From the NCBI RefSeq assembly GCF_001194135.2, contig NC_068984.1, positions 8,321,310 through 8,385,309 of the forward strand: 64,000 nucleotides of DNA, given 5' to 3'. The notes under the pieces were generated by a model. That model ran no database searches. It saw only the letters and a program-made list of their open reading frames with translations, and was not told where the DNA came from. Positions within the stretch are counted from its first letter, which is position 1. Every line of letters begins with the position of its first letter. A program made the position numbers and the translations under genes. Of the stretch, positions 39,113-53,749 are shown piece by piece. Source of the DNA: Octopus bimaculoides. Its lineage: Eukaryota.

Positions 39113-39119
39113 TGCAGCT

Positions 39120-39757
39120 TTACAGGATGAAACACGGGTCCATAACTATGACCCTGAAACTAAAGTCCTGTCGAAGCAATGGAAGCATAGGTCACCACCT
39201 CCAAAGAAGGCTCCTGTCCATCCCTCAGCTGGCAAGGTGATGTTCACAGTCTTTTGAGACCAGCGTGGAGTAGTGATGATGGATATTCTGGCAAGGGGCA
39301 CCACAATTAACGGGACATGTGCTTCTCTGCTGCAGATATTGCAGGATGCCATCAAAGCAGAGAGGCTTCGCATACTGACCAAAGGAGTCGCCTTTTCCAA
39401 GACACCGCCCCAGTTCACAATGCGGTTGTTGTCCAGATGAAAGCAAAACGTCTGCGGTCATGAAATCCTTCTTCATTTCCCTTACTCGCTCGGCCCGGCA
39501 CCATCTGACTTTCACCTCTTTGCAACCATGAAGTCTTCCTTGAAGGGGAAACACTTTTCGGATGATGATGAACATATTTCCAGACGCAACCCAGCGACTA
39601 CAACAAACGAGGTCTTCACAACTCCATAAAGCTATGGGAGAAGTGTTTCACCATTGGTGGTGCCTATGTAAAGAAGGAATAATAATTACGCTAAGTTTCG
39701 GTTATCTCAGTCATTGGGAAGTGGGTCAAGGGAAATCTTTAATAAACACCTCTCTTG
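39120..39757 (+). pseudogene. Mariner (DDD) transposase pseudogene, 5'-truncated, with right terminus
   Basis: DETRVHNYDPETK, AGKVMFTVF, QDTAPVH, PSDFHLF, WEKCFTIGGAYV; ends at TA. Missed by the ORF track because of stops and frameshifts. Confidence 0.85.
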
Positions 39758-40544
39758 TATATACATATATACATATATACATATGTGTGTGTGTGTGTGT
39801 GTATGTGTGTGTATTTATGTATCTTGTGGTGGGGCTGATGATATCGTGGAGGAGGAAAATAATAAGAAGAGGAGAACGCTGGCAGTATGGATGCTGTTGG
39901 CAACGACGGCTAATCTTGAGAGAGCAGAGGCAAGTAATGAAAATGAGAGAGAGGGGCAGAAAGAGAAACAGAAAGAGGTATTAAAGAAGATGAAAAAGAA
40001 AAAAAAGCATAAAAAGATGCTGAAGATTAATAACAACAGCAAAACAAAAGAACAACAACGACGACGACGATGACAACAACAGCAACAACAACAACAACAA
40101 CAAGAAACTGGTAGGCATCTGAATCCCATCTGACCATAGCATGACGCGAATTGATATGGAGAAGTGTCAAAATGTAATGATCTTCGAATTTAGATAGCAG
40201 AACTGGTGGCAAAAAGTATAAAAAAAATAACGATGAAGTGCAGAGAACGAGGCATGATAAAAAATATTGCTGTAAAACGTACAAAGTAGTCCAGGACACA
40301 CAACATTATACACAACCTGTAAAAAGTTGTTCTGCTAATAAGAAATCACATTCTAAGCAAGTTATTTTCAATTCTATATCTCAGCACAAACATCGTAATC
40401 TCTACATAAACACAACCCCTAGAAAATATGGAATAATGGAATAGATTACTGTATTGTGATAAGAAGATTGGCATTTCTAACAGGTCATTCTCAAGAATCG
40501 AAGTCTGTGATACGTTTTTCTCTGAACGTTTCTGTCACCTTTGT

Positions 40545-40800
40545 CGTTATGTTACGCCTTGTTCGAATGCCTGACACGTAGCTACCCAAGAGACTGTTTC
40601 ACAGTAAAATGGTCGACAGCAAGCGCACGCAAGTTGGACACAAAAAGTGCTTCAAGGACGCACTCAAAGTTTCACTAAAGGGATTTGTAATCAATGCCGA
40701 CACCTGGGAAATGCAAACACAGGGCCCCCCAGCCTGGTTAAGCTGCATCAATAGAAGTTTCACATCCTACGAGCAGAACTGGATTGCAGGGGACACAAAG
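40545..40800 (+). mobile_element. RTE-clade LINE fragment
   Basis: LVRMPDT*LPKRLF...KKCFKDALKVSLK...DTWE...YEQNWIA, the post-RT region typical of RTE elements. Confidence 0.7.
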
Positions 40801-41134
40801 AAAACGAATTTCGATCAAACGAAATCCAATTATTACAGGATAATCTCCATTGGGATTAACAATATTTGCATTAGAAGTTCGTGAGAATTAATGATGGTCT
40901 GTTTCACCAACTTCTAAATACATCAATTTCACTGCGGAATAAATTATTTTATTGCGAAGAAGAAGACTGATGTTTCCCAATCGATTTCTTTGATGTAGAA
41001 AAAATAAAGGTCTTCAATTGTAATTGAATTAGTTTCCCTTTGAATGTTTCAAAGTTGTGAGGGGCCCCGAAGGCGTACAATAAGGGATTGGTTTCTTTTC
41101 TCTGTTTTATTCTTGTTGAGAGTCAAGCAGCGCA

Positions 41135-41350
41135 AGTAGTTATTTCTCTGCTGCTTTAGTCATTAGACCGCGATCATGCTGGGGCACCGCCTTGAAAAGT
41201 CTTACTTGATTGCATCGACACCAGTGCTTTGCTTTAAAGCTGGGTACGTGTTCTGTCGGCTGCATTTGCCGAACCCCTAAGTTACGGTGATATAAACACA
41301 CCACCACAGGTTGTCAAGTGATTTTAATTAACAAACACAGACACAAAGAG
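41135..41350 (-). mobile_element. Module B solo copy
   Basis: ctttagtcattagaccgcgatcatgctggggcaccgcc...ggttgtcaag...aaacacagacac. Confidence 0.8.
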
Positions 41351-41372
41351 ACATATACAACGTATGTTCATA

Positions 41373-41407
<35 letters not shown>

Positions 41408-42070
41408 NNNNNNNNNNNNNNNNNNNNNNNNNNNNNNNNNNNNNNNNNNNNNNNNNNNNNNNNNNNNNNNNNNNNNNNNNNNNNNNNNNNNNNNNNNNNN
41501 NNNNNNNNNNNNNNNNNNNNNNNNNNNNNNNNNNNNNNNNNNNNNNNNNNNNNNNNNNNNNNNNNNNNNNNNNNNNNNNNNNNNNNNNNNNNNNNNNNNN
41601 NNNNNNNNNNNNNNNNNNNNNNNNNNNNNNNNNNNNNNNNNNNNNNNNNNNNNNNNNNNNNNNNNNNNNNNNNNNNNNNNNNNNNNNNNNNNNNNNNNNN
41701 NNNNNNNNNNNNNNNNNNNNNNNNNNNNNNNNNNNNNNNNNNNNNNNNNNNNNNNNNNNNNNNNNNNNNNNNNNNNNNNNNNNNNNNNNNNNNNNNNNNN
41801 NNNNNNNNNNNNNNNNNNNNNNNNNNNNNNNNNNNNNNNNNNNNNNNNNNNNNNNNNNNNNNNNNNNNNNNNNNNNNNNNNNNNNNNNNNNNNNNNNNNN
41901 NNNNNNNNNNNNNNNNNNNNNNNNNNNNNNNNNNNNNNNNNNNNNNNNNNNNNNNNNNNNNNNNNNNNNNNNNNNNNNNNNNNNNNNNNNNNNNNNNNNN
42001 NNNNNNNNNNNNNNNNNNNNNNNNNNATATATATGCTTATGCATGTATGTATATATAGTATATGTTAAAG

Positions 42071-42393
42071 TGTTAAAGAAGAAAATGGACAGTTTTAACT
42101 TGATAACATCAATTTATTAACATATTGTTAATTTGCATTTGCCTAGAATTGTTTCCATATCTGACCCATTCAAATTACAAATTTATAAATTAAAATTGTA
42201 TTTCGAAAATTACAAGTTAAATATTTCTTTGCCCTGAAGAAATATTTAACTCGCAATATTCAATATGCATCTATAATTTATAAATTTGTAATTTGAATGA
42301 GTCGGATATGGAAACAATTGTAGACAAATGTAAATTAACAATATGTTAATAAATTGATGTTATTTGTTAAAACTCTCCGTTTTCTTCTATAAC
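42071..42393. mobile_element. AT-rich fold-back element with nested hairpin
   Basis: Arms of about 120 bp; central perfect 15-bp stem (42215-42229 and 42237-42251) with a 7-nt loop. Confidence 0.8.
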
Positions 42394-42617
42394 ATGTACT
42401 GTATGAAAATATAAACATATATATCGCGGTGAAACACACATCTATTAATATATGCCTGGACTCTGTAACGTTTTTCATATTTGTGCCATTACTAAATAAT
42501 AAACATCAACACTACTAAGTAAAACGTGACCCCTGAGTATTTCATTGATATACAGGGTTAAACAGGGGAAACTTGTATGCTAACATCTATTTTAAGAGCA
42601 ATTTATATCCTTGCAAT

Positions 42618-42663
<46 letters not shown>

Positions 42664-43529
42664 NNNNNNNNNNNNNNNNNNNNNNNNNNNNNNNNNNNNN
42701 NNNNNNNNNNNNNNNNNNNNNNNNNNNNNNNNNNNNNNNNNNNNNNNNNNNNNNNNNNNNNNNNNNNNNNNNNNNNNNNNNNNNNNNNNNNNNNNNNNNN
42801 NNNNNNNNNNNNNNNNNNNNNNNNNNNNNNNNNNNNNNNNNNNNNNNNNNNNNNNNNNNNNNNNNNNNNNNNNNNNNNNNNNNNNNNNNNNNNNNNNNNN
42901 NNNNNNNNNNNNNNNNNNNNNNNNNNNNNNNNNNNNNNNNNNNNNNNNNNNNNNNNNNNNNNNNNNNNNNNNNNNNNNNNNNNNNNNNNNNNNNNNNNNN
43001 NNNNNNNNNNNNNNNNNNNNNNNNNNNNNNNNNNNNNNNNNNNNNNNNNNNNNNNNNNNNNNNNNNNNNNNNNNNNNNNNNNNNNNNNNNNNNNNNNNNN
43101 NNNNNNNNNNNNNNNNNNNNNNNNNNNNNNNNNNNNNNNNNNNNNNNNNNNNNNNNNNNNNNNNNNNNNNNNNNNNNNNNNNNNNNNNNNNNNNNNNNNN
43201 NNNNNNNNNNNNNNNNNNNNNNNNNNNNNNNNNNNNNNNNNNNNNNNNNNNNNNNNNNNNNNNNNNNNNNNNNNNNNNNNNNNNNNNNNNNNNNNNNNNN
43301 NNNNNNNNNNNNNNNNNNNNNNNNNNNNNNNNNNNNNNNNNNNNNNNNNNNNNNNNNNNNNNNNNNNAAAAAAAAAACACCTGTTTTTATATAAATAAGC
43401 AAGATCTCTGTATTTTCACAGAATTATATTTGACAAGTTCGAAAGACGAACGAAAGCGCTAGAATATGTATAAAACAAATGAAAGAAGTTATTACAAAAT
43501 TCTGACGATTTTTTTTTCAATATATATAT

Positions 43530-43690
43530 GACGGGTGTCTTTGAGTTTCCGTCGACCAAATCCACTCTCGAGGCTTTAGTTGTCTTGAGATAATAGCAGA
43601 AGACGCTCACCTAAATTGCCACGCGGTAGAGCTAAATCCGCAACCATGTGGTTGGGTAGCAAGCGTACCACGCAACCACGATTGCGCCTC
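43530..43690 (-). mobile_element. Head-C SINE
   Basis: gagtttccgtcgaccaaatccactc...caaccatgtggttgggtagcaagc. Confidence 0.7.
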
Positions 43691-44329
43691 TAATGTTTAG
43701 CTAGAAAAACAGTGTAATGAAGCAACTTTCGCATAGTTAAAACACAATTGATAGTAAAATATATTGCAGGAAAGACTGTAATGAGAGGAATTATAGACGT
43801 GTAGTAAAGTCCATGTTTATATTTTTTTTATTATGAGATATCTATTTAATAAATCTACAAGTTAATATTTGTCATAGTCAACTGATCGTTAGATACCAGG
43901 AATACTGTATGAGACGGTTTTCTCGTAATTTCATTCAAATGAATATAATTAAGATTGATTGATATAAAATAATTAGTGACGTGGGAGGTTAGAGTTTAGT
44001 AAATTAACAGTTCTTGTTAGATACCAGTAAACTAACAGCTTTCCAAGCATTGGTTTGTGAATACTTCAAAGAAAGTTGCTAGGAAGTGTCGACAGTATTG
44101 TCAATGATATCATCAACGTCAATTAAAACACCTTTTGTTTTTCATCTTTAAATTATATTAGTAATGAAAGATTTGCGAATGTAATATTTTTGCCCATAAG
44201 CAGATTCAAGAAATGGTAGAAAACAGTCTCTTATGAGTTTTTGTCATCGCGTTAGGATTATTATGTGATCCTTAATTAGAGTTGTTATGTATCATATTCT
44301 ATAACGAGGCCCATAATAATTGTTTGTGC

Positions 44330-44965
44330 TATAGTTACAAGGCCTGAAATTTTGAGGGCCATGGGGTTCGTCGATTACGTCTACCCCACGTATCAACTGG
44401 TACTTATTTTATCGATCCCAAAAGGACGTAAAGCAGGAGGAAATCCCTCGATGGATTTTGTCGGGTGTGCTAACGATTCTGCTAGCTCGCTGCCATATTG
44501 TGGCACATAAGCATCCTTCCTACTGCATGGGTGAATTTTTTGCGGGGAAGGGGACAGGACGATTTTATTGACCCCCACCCCAGTGCTCAAGTGCCACTTA
44601 TTTTATCGAAGCCGAAAGGATGAGAAATATATTTACTGCCTTCATTAGTTTGCTTATGCCGCTCAACCTCTTCACACTGGCAGAGAAGCTTAAAGATAAT
44701 TGCTTTTTGAGAGTTCTTTGCATTTTGGGTGATATTTCAAAACGAACGAAGTTGATGAGTTGGCAGAGATATTAAGACACCTGGAAAATACTTAACACCA
44801 TTTCGCCCGTCGTCACTTTCTGAGTTTAAATTCTGCCGAGGTCGATTTTACTTTTAATCCTTTTGCGGTCGATGAAGTAAGTACCATTTAAACACTAGCT
44901 CTATGTATTCGACTTATCCCCTCCTGAAAAATTGCTGGCCTTGTGTCAAAATTTGAAAGCGATAT
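44330..44965. mobile_element. Three diverged family A copies (two on minus, one on plus)
   Basis: Family A motifs at about 44330-44500 (-), 44520-44625 (-) and 44750-44965 (+). Confidence 0.65.
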
Positions 44966-45984
44966 TTGGCAGCATTAAGTTCACAGATTTTGTCGTATAA
45001 AAACGGCTTTCAAGTAGGTTAACGTTATATTTTATTGGTATAAGAAGCATTGTTTAATTGATGTGGGAAGGAAATTTACCGAACGAATTTTTCAATCTCG
45101 CCATCATTCTGTAGAGAAATATTTCACCTATTCACCAGTGAATTTAATTTAATCCATGGCTACATGACTAATAGCATCTACACACAATACAATTTACTTA
45201 GAAACTAGAGTGGGTGAAATCCTAAAGATATCCTTCGGCGTTTTCTCCTAAATAAATAAGAATATGAAATTATTTCCATAATCGAATTATGCCAGTCACA
45301 TGTTTACTTTGTAGGAAAGAACGAGATATTCGAGACACATTTTATCTTTCTTTTTTTATGTCAGTGTGTAACTGAAAATTTCATTAATTAATATGTTTAT
45401 TTACTAGAACCATAGAGCTGTTTGTCTTCCGTTTTATTTTTCCCCATCACTCGGAATAATAAAAATTTTCTGCAAACAAAACATAACAACATGATATAAA
45501 AATACCCCAGTTTGGAGAAACGCATGCTGCTTAATGTATTTAGCATATGAAGAAAAGGTTTTAAATCTTTCATCGCCACATAACTTTAAGAATATCATAT
45601 GCCGGATTGCTCGGTTTACAATGTTTTAGTACATCAAAATATACCGTAGGGTTTGTACAGAAAAATACATATTGTGGTCAACAGTAATATATTTCTAGTT
45701 ATTAGGCTGAGTATCAGTTACATGCAGATTGTCTCTCACCGAAAAATAACAGCGATATATAGAAAGCTGTTGAATATTTTACAATCCCATTTTGTATGCT
45801 TATGGCGAAATATATCCACAGGTGCAAGATTGGCTATGTGGTTAACAGGCTTATTTGCAAGCCTATCGCTTCAGTTTCAGTCCCATTCCGTGGTAACCTG
45901 AAAAAATTATTTTTCTGAGAGAATTTGGTATTTCGGAAATGGTGCGTAAGGCCTGTATATAAGGCTTCTGCTTTTAAATCTTTT

Positions 45985-46195
45985 CTACTCTAGGCACAAG
46001 GACTGAAATTTTGGGGGAGGGGGGCAGTCGATTAGCTTGGACTCCAGTACGCAAATGGTACTTAATTTATCGTGCCCGAAAGGATGAAAGGCAACGCCGA
46101 CCTCGGTGGAAATTGAACTCAGAATGTAAAAACAGACGAAATACCGCTAAGCATTTCGCCCGGCGTGCTAACGTTTCTGCCAGCTCGTCGCCTTT
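45985..46195 (-). mobile_element. SINE family A (type-2 tail)
   Basis: tttctactctaggcacaagg...gctaacgtttctgccagctcg. Confidence 0.85.
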
Positions 46196-46698
46196 TCTTC
46201 TGTTTTTAATTATTTAAATTCTTCCTCTACGAAAGGAGCTGGTTTTCCACCAAAGATGCAAATTCCGTGAATGGAATATATATAACGAAACCAATATATC
46301 ATTTTAAAGTCTTGTATATTTTTATTGTTCCACTTACAGAATATAATGTAACGTGCGAGCTAGTTGGTTGATTTCTTTTCCTAAAGATCGAAGTATATCC
46401 AAAGTGTCACTCAAGCACTTGCTCACAAAATAAAGTACATCTATCATTTTTAGTATAAACATATGCATGTGTGTTATGTATGCATGCATACACCCACATG
46501 TATCATACATATGTGTATGTATGTGTGCGGGTGTATGTGTGTGTCTATGTATTATTTATGAGTGCACTTGTAACATTAATTAATTAATTAATCAATTTAT
46601 TTATTTGCCAGTGTTCACTTATCAGCTCACGTATGCTACGTTATATGCGCGTAAGTGAGCATGTTTGTGTATGTATACATGCATATATACATATATAT

Positions 46699-46803
<105 letters not shown>

Positions 46804-47012
46804 CATACATACATACACATGCGTGTGTGCATGTGTTATTCATGTGTGTACTCTGTGCGTACATATGGGGTTATATATTACAATGTGTGTATGTGGGCAT
46901 GGGTTATTTGCAGTTCGTCAAAGCAGAATTATAGAATATATTCTATGGTTCCCCCAGGCTATCAACAAATAATAGGTACTGCGTTAGATTTGTTCGACCA
47001 AAACTTTGAAGT

Positions 47013-47515
47013 GTGGAGGTGCAAAATCCCAGTCGTTGGGGCAATGGACTCGCGGTCGGAGGATGTCTCTTCCGATTTCAAGACCGGGCGTTGTGTGTGC
47101 TTATTGAGCGAAAAAAACCCAAAGCTCCTCGTGGCTCCGGCCGGGTGGGCGGGTGTTCGAGTTCAAATTCCGTTGAGGTCGACTTTGCCTTTCATCCTTT
47201 CGGGGTCGATAAATTAAGTACCAGTAACGCACTGGAGTCAATGTAATATACTTAATCCCTTTGTCTGTCCTTGTTTGTCCCCTATGTGTTTAGCCCCTTG
47301 TGAGCAATAAAGAAATAAGAAACGTTAGCACGCCGGGCGAAATGGTTAGCGGTATTTCGTCTGACTTTACGTTCTGAGTTCAAATTCCGTCAAGGTCGAC
47401 TTTGCCTTTCATCCGTTCGGAGTCGATAAATTAAGTACCAGTTGCGTAGTGGGGTCGATCTTATCGATTGCTCCCCTCCCTCAAAATCCCGGGCCTTATG
47501 CTTTGAGTAGAAAAG
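47013..47515 (+). mobile_element. Chimeric SINE: family E head fused to a family A dimer
   Basis: E head up to about 47156, switch at gagttcaaattcc, type-1 tail, dimer junction near 47318, type-2 tail. Confidence 0.8.
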
Positions 47516-48299
47516 ACTATGGGCGCCGTCCAATTACTGAAAAGAATCAAAGATCAGAAAGTCATAAAACTATAGTTGAATTATTCCTATATTCTTAAGG
47601 TTATTTAAAAGAAACAGCACACTTGATATAGAATAACTGAATAAAGAGTGGCATGAACTCGATCGGATGGACACCAAAATATTACTGGTACTAATGTGTT
47701 TTCTGTAAAGATTAACCTGATGCTCTGTATTAGACTATATGAATATAACACAGCGTTTAAGGTCTATTGTCTCTTGTTCCCCATGTCACAGTATTTGAGT
47801 TCGGGATTATGGTAAGTTTGTTCCTCTTGTATAAAGTTTCCAGACATTATTTCATTTTCAGCTGCTGATCTTTGAATATATTTATATATTTTTATCCTAC
47901 TTTAATCCTTTTTGCGGTAATTATGAGAATGAAGTTGATTGCACATTACACTTAAAGTTATTTCACACCACGTACACCACAAATGTCTGTGCAAGACAAA
48001 GAGACATTAAACATAGCTAGTTCTGCCATTTTGTTTCTTAACTAAGAGATTTACATAGCTCCTTATTACTGTAATTTAATATAGTTATAAGCTGAATACA
48101 ACTTTGTTTCTTTGAATCAGCCTTTAATATGGCCGACCTCTCTGATTCCTTGATTTTATCTAATTATATGTTCGACTAAAAATACACGCGAATAACGCCA
48201 TTATTTTACCACTTGACTGTTTCTTAGGAAGAATAACAAAAAGAAATACAAATTTAGTAACATTAAGAAATCGAAATATGGTCACCAGTATATCTTTTG

Positions 48300-48513
48300 T
48301 TTTTCTATGTCTCAGGCATTGGAGTGCGGCCATGCTGGGGCACAGCCTGGAACTGGAAGGTTCTCGTCGAACAAATCGTGCCCCCACTGTACTTAAATAA
48401 TGTTAATGTATGGCACTTGTACTATCGAACTTTTATTCGCGAACTGCTAAGTTATGATTACGTAAATAAACCGACTTTGGGTTGTCAGGCAGTATTGGGG
48501 AACGAAGACAAAC

Positions 48514-48561
<48 letters not shown>

Positions 48562-48990
48562 ATAAACACACAGAGGTACATACACTCAGATACACACACT
48601 CACACACGCATACACTGTAGCCATGCTGGAGCATCGTCTTTAGTCGAACAAATCGATCCTCGGACTTATTCTTTTGTAAGCGTTGTAATGTTACTATCGG
48701 TCTCTTTTTACCGAACCGCTGGCTGACAGGGACGTAAACAAACAAACATCGGTTGTCAAGCAATGGTGGGGCGCAAGCGCAAGCACAAATAACAAATACA
48801 TACATAAACACACACACATATATATACCACGGGCGTCCACACAGTTCCCCCTGTATCAGTTTCTCTTACAACCGATAAACCACCCTGAGGCTTTTGCCAA
48901 AAGACACTTCCCCAAGGAAGTGGAAGTGAACTAGAAATTATGTTGTTGTAAAACGAGCTTCGTACCCATAAAGCGTCGCTTGCTCCACAG
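48300..48990 (-). mobile_element. Two module B copies; the second is joined via (CA)n to head C
   Basis: B at about 48300-48560 and 48615-48800; head C remnant (aagacacttccccaagg) at about 48830-48990. Confidence 0.75.
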
Positions 48991-49328
48991 TTGGTAATAA
49001 TTTAATATGACAGCATAGAAAGGCCATTGATTCGCAGAACCACAAGTGTCTATAAATATACCGAATGGTGTTTAATTTCATCTCTCTTTCTGTAGGTTTT
49101 AATTTAAAATACAATTGAGGTAGACTTTAGGGTCCGTCGTTCTCGGATCGATAAAACGTTGTACCTGTTTAATACTGAGGTCGATAAACTCGTTTAGATG
49201 CCGCATCCTAAAACATTGACTCCGTGTCTGTGTTAAAAAAATCAATATCAAATTGTACCAGGCATGCTAATGATGTTCAACTGTGCGAATAATGACGGAC
49301 ATTGAGAGTTTTACTTGGAAAGGGATAT

Positions 49329-49359
<31 letters not shown>

Positions 49360-49658
49360 TTGTGCGTGTGTGTCCGTGTGTGTGTGTATGTGTTCCTGTA
49401 TGTGTGTGTCGGTTTGTCTGTGTATTTGTGTGCACATTGCTAGTGAATATTCTAGGGATAATCACAGAGCAGGCGTGTCGATCATTTGTATGATATCTAA
49501 GAGAAACGAACACGATCGATCATTTGGAATGTGGTAAAAGAAACGTGTTAAGGAATGTAAGAGATTGTAAAATGTAAAAATGTAAATCCATTGCAACCTA
49601 CTTCATTTGTTACACCAACATCAGTATAGCGTAGCCAATAAATCAACTACACGAACGC

Positions 49659-49711
<53 letters not shown>

Positions 49712-50436
49712 GGTGGAGAGAAAACGAGATCACTCGTAGCAGATATCAAGGTGAAACTCCATTTTGTCTTCTCTTTATTGCGTTATGGTTGTATTATTCC
49801 TGAAGTGCTCTGAATGAAATCAAAGTGCATCGCTGTTGCAAGAAGTCATCACTACCAGTGACAATCACGTGTTCTTTCCAACTAATGTTAGCGTCCTTAC
49901 ACAGGAAGTGATTATACGGAGGTGGTTGTTTTTTTTTCTGTCTTTAGGTGTCGTTATGTAATGAATGGTGCAGAGGGCTTTTTAATGAGAAGTTGGATAA
50001 CTTTCTGCAGCATCTATAATTCATGCGTGAGAGATATTATTACTAAACTAACTGTTCTAGTTCATTTAGGAACAATAATCAGAAAAAACAAACGATGTTA
50101 TCAAATGAGCATTGTGATTGAACTTATCAGCCCAAAGCGATGCTACCATGGCACGTAAACTTTACATGCTAATGCGCCAAAAGTTTCCGAAGCTATGGTA
50201 ACGTTTTTCTACATTCTTCTAAACGTATTTACCAATAAACGACACTCGCCACGTCCATTCGGATCATTAAGACAGTACAAGAGCTTATTTCGTTCTTTAC
50301 AAACATTGAGTTTTAAATAGAAATCGTATCAGCGATAACACTCTGCTATTTTCAGCGATCCACCTTCATAAATACACATGTATTCGTCGTGCATGTACAT
50401 ACAGATACTATCTATGTGTGTTTGTCTGTGTAAGCA

Positions 50437-50514
<78 letters not shown>

Positions 50515-50778
50515 CACACATAGTGGTTTGGATTTTGGCTATTCGTTCTAGCGTGCCAAGTATCCTATGATGGATACCTCTTATGTATTTAAATGTACAC
50601 TGTATTTATATGAATTATATATAGTCTATTGGCTAATTTTTCAACACGCTAGGTCACTGGTAGTAAACATTTCTAAAATTTTTATTATCCTGATATTATT
50701 AATTATATACATATATAAAAACACACACGCACGCACACACACACTCGCAGACACCCCCCACACACACATATATATTTA

Positions 50779-51070
50779 CGAGGGTGAGTCAAAAAGTAAT
50801 GCCATTTTGTTTAGAACAGGTATAATTACCAACACAGGAACATGTATCATACATCAAAATGAAGCTGGTCCTCTGTGGATCACATCCCTACTTCTCAACA
50901 TAGTCACCGTTTCTCTCAATAGCAATGTTCCACTTTTGAATGAGAGCATGTATCCCTGCCCTGTAAAATTCTGTTGACTGTTCTTTGAGTCACTTCTTCA
51001 CTACAATTTTCACTTCTCCGTCATTGGAATAATTTAGCTTCGGCCCCATGAAACAGGGTTTGAGGAGCAT
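50779..51070. mobile_element. Partial copy of the mariner fold-back family
   Basis: TA-cgagggtgagtcaaaaagtaatgccattttgtttag; same arm and arm/spacer junction (ggaataatttagc) as 26745. Confidence 0.85.
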
Positions 51071-53300
51071 TCTCTCTTTCGTACGCTTGCATGTGTTCAC
51101 TTTTGCAATGGGTTAAATGCATGCGTGTGTAATCAGTGGATAACAATTGAAGCTTTCTACTGAAATGACTTTAAAAATCTCAGTCATGAACACCTGACTT
51201 TTTTTTTTTTTGCATAAGTTTTGAGGCATTTCTTTCCCAGAATTCAGCAACTTTAAATAAATATTTCTATTATTTTCATTTGTGTGAGGGAATTATCTGG
51301 CAAGTGATTTGATATGAGTACTTGAGTTGATGCTAAAGCAATTACATCGTGGGAGTTTCGTATTAGCTATTCTAAAACAAACAGACGTTGTTGACTATGC
51401 TTAAACAATATTTGGTATCATAATTTTCGTCGCACCGATTGCAACTTGGTCACTACCACAATATTTTCTGCAAAACTGAAACTGTGTCAGAGACTAGGTC
51501 GCGATTAGTTCGACGCAGATTGTGATATCAAAGGATAAATGTTGTAGCGAAGTTATCAAGTATACCATAGAGTTCTAGAATTACAGATGTTAACATTCAC
51601 CAATTATTACATGTATTGATTATTTGTATGGACACAGTTAGAATATATTAAATCCTAATACTGCAATTTCTTGCTTTGAATTGAATGGACATTTAAATGT
51701 GCGAAATTTGTTGGTTATAATAAAGTGTTCCCTTAGAGTGTTTAACATTCCTTCATTTAAATGAGGTTCATTTAAGACAATAAAATGAACGTGGATTGCC
51801 CACGATCTGTCTCGGTGTTGTCTGTTAGATTTGTCAGAGAATAAAAATAACAGTCCCAACCAAAGACTGATTTTGAGCATCCCTCACTACTGTTTGGACA
51901 GAAGAAAACTATTCTCAAACCGGAACCACACCCGTATGCTTGCAAAACAACGTTCACCACTTGAGGAAAGATACCATCTGTGTGTGTGATGTTAAACAAG
52001 GAGACGAATAGAGCTCATAACCGAAAAACAGAAATGGTCATTCCAACTGTTCTTCATAGGCTTTTCGACAGTGGCATATGAAAAAGAATATTTGTTTGAC
52101 TGTAGAGTAGTTTGGAAACCCATACCATATACGTGCGAGGCGAACTTAAACTGGAAGCAATTGCTACCACCACCTTAAAGTTATATACATCAGATATTCT
52201 CTCAAAACAATTATCCAATAGATATAACTCTATAAAAAATAAACGCGTCTTAGTTATATATGTTGGAGCGGTGAATAAGAAGAATCTATCTAGTCTTGCC
52301 GTATTTACTTTCGTCTCGTTTTGTCTGGGGTACAGATGTACTAAAACCGACTTTAATTTTCATCTTTGTAAGTCGATGAAATAAATGCTTCTAAGATACT
52401 GGGGTCATGACTTTATAAATGTAATCAACAGTTCTCTATTCCATTTATGTAGTCTTTTTACCGAAGAAATTCTTAATAATCAATATTAAGACGTACAACC
52501 GTGTTCCTAGAAATCAAGTTGACAGCAAGATGTGAAGTTATATTAAATATTGAGCGTTGATAATTATGTATAAATTGATATTTGCAAGTTAAACTGATAT
52601 TCCCACAGCAACTGAAATTAATTTAAAGGCACCATTTTTATGAGACTAAGATTCACCTGACACGCGAGAAACGCGTAAAAAACGATGCAGTTATATATAT
52701 TAATACAGTTCTCTTCACATTTAGATTTATAGATACACAATATATGTACACATACGTATGTATATACATACACGCACACACATACATACATACATGCATG
52801 CATACATACATATGATATATGATATATAATATATATGAATATATATATATATACATGTGTATTTATGTATATGAATATATATATGTGCATATATATGTAT
52901 ATTCATACATATATCCCCCATCCTTCTCTAATACCCATTTTCTCCCCTTCACTATCTGTCTCTTTCTCTCCCCTCTTACTCTTTCTCTCTCTCTCGTTAC
53001 TCACATATAACCATCGTCCATCTTTCTTTTCTTCACATCACCATCTTTATTTTCCTGCACGACGTTCTAAGGACTGGACATCTTCTATCTCTCTTCTATC
53101 TTTTCTCTTTTCAAAGAAAATATTTCTCCCAGCGTTCATTATTTACCTCTCGTTCTGGTCTAACAACCCCTATGTTTGTTTTCGCTAGGTTTGATTGCGT
53201 GTCTCCACTGTCCTGCTTTTGTTCCCAACTTTGACCCTTCATAAATCCAAAATTTTATTTTGGAATTTATAGGAGCAACTTTCGTCGAAGACTCATATTG

Positions 53301-53368
<68 letters not shown>

Positions 53369-53674
53369 NNNNNNNNNNNNNNNNNNNNNNNNNNNNNNNN
53401 NNNNNNNNNNNNNNNNNNNNNNNNNNNNNNNNNNNNNNNNNNNNNNNNNNNNNNNNNNNNNNNNNNNNNNNNNNNNNNNNNNNNNNNNNNNNNNNNNNNN
53501 NNNNNNNNNNNNNNNNNNNNNNNNNNNNNNNNNNNNNNNNNNNNNNNNNNNNNNNNNNNNNNNNNNNNNNNNNNNNNNNNNNNNNNNNNNNNNNNNNNNN
53601 NNNNNNNNNNNNNNNNNNNNNNNNNNNNNNNNNNNNNNNNNNNNNNNNNNNNNNNNNNNNNNNNNNNNNNNNNN

Positions 53675-53723
<49 letters not shown>

Positions 53724-53749
53724 CGTGTGCGTGCGTGTGCGTGTGTGTA

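Noticed and set aside
50140-50200. Two RFX X-box-like near-matches (and one near 10210)
   Set aside because: All deviate from the consensus and no promoter context is evident.
51740-51990. WIAHDLS resembling the mariner WVPHEL motif
   Set aside because: No convincing downstream catalytic motifs or TIRs; too weak to call.
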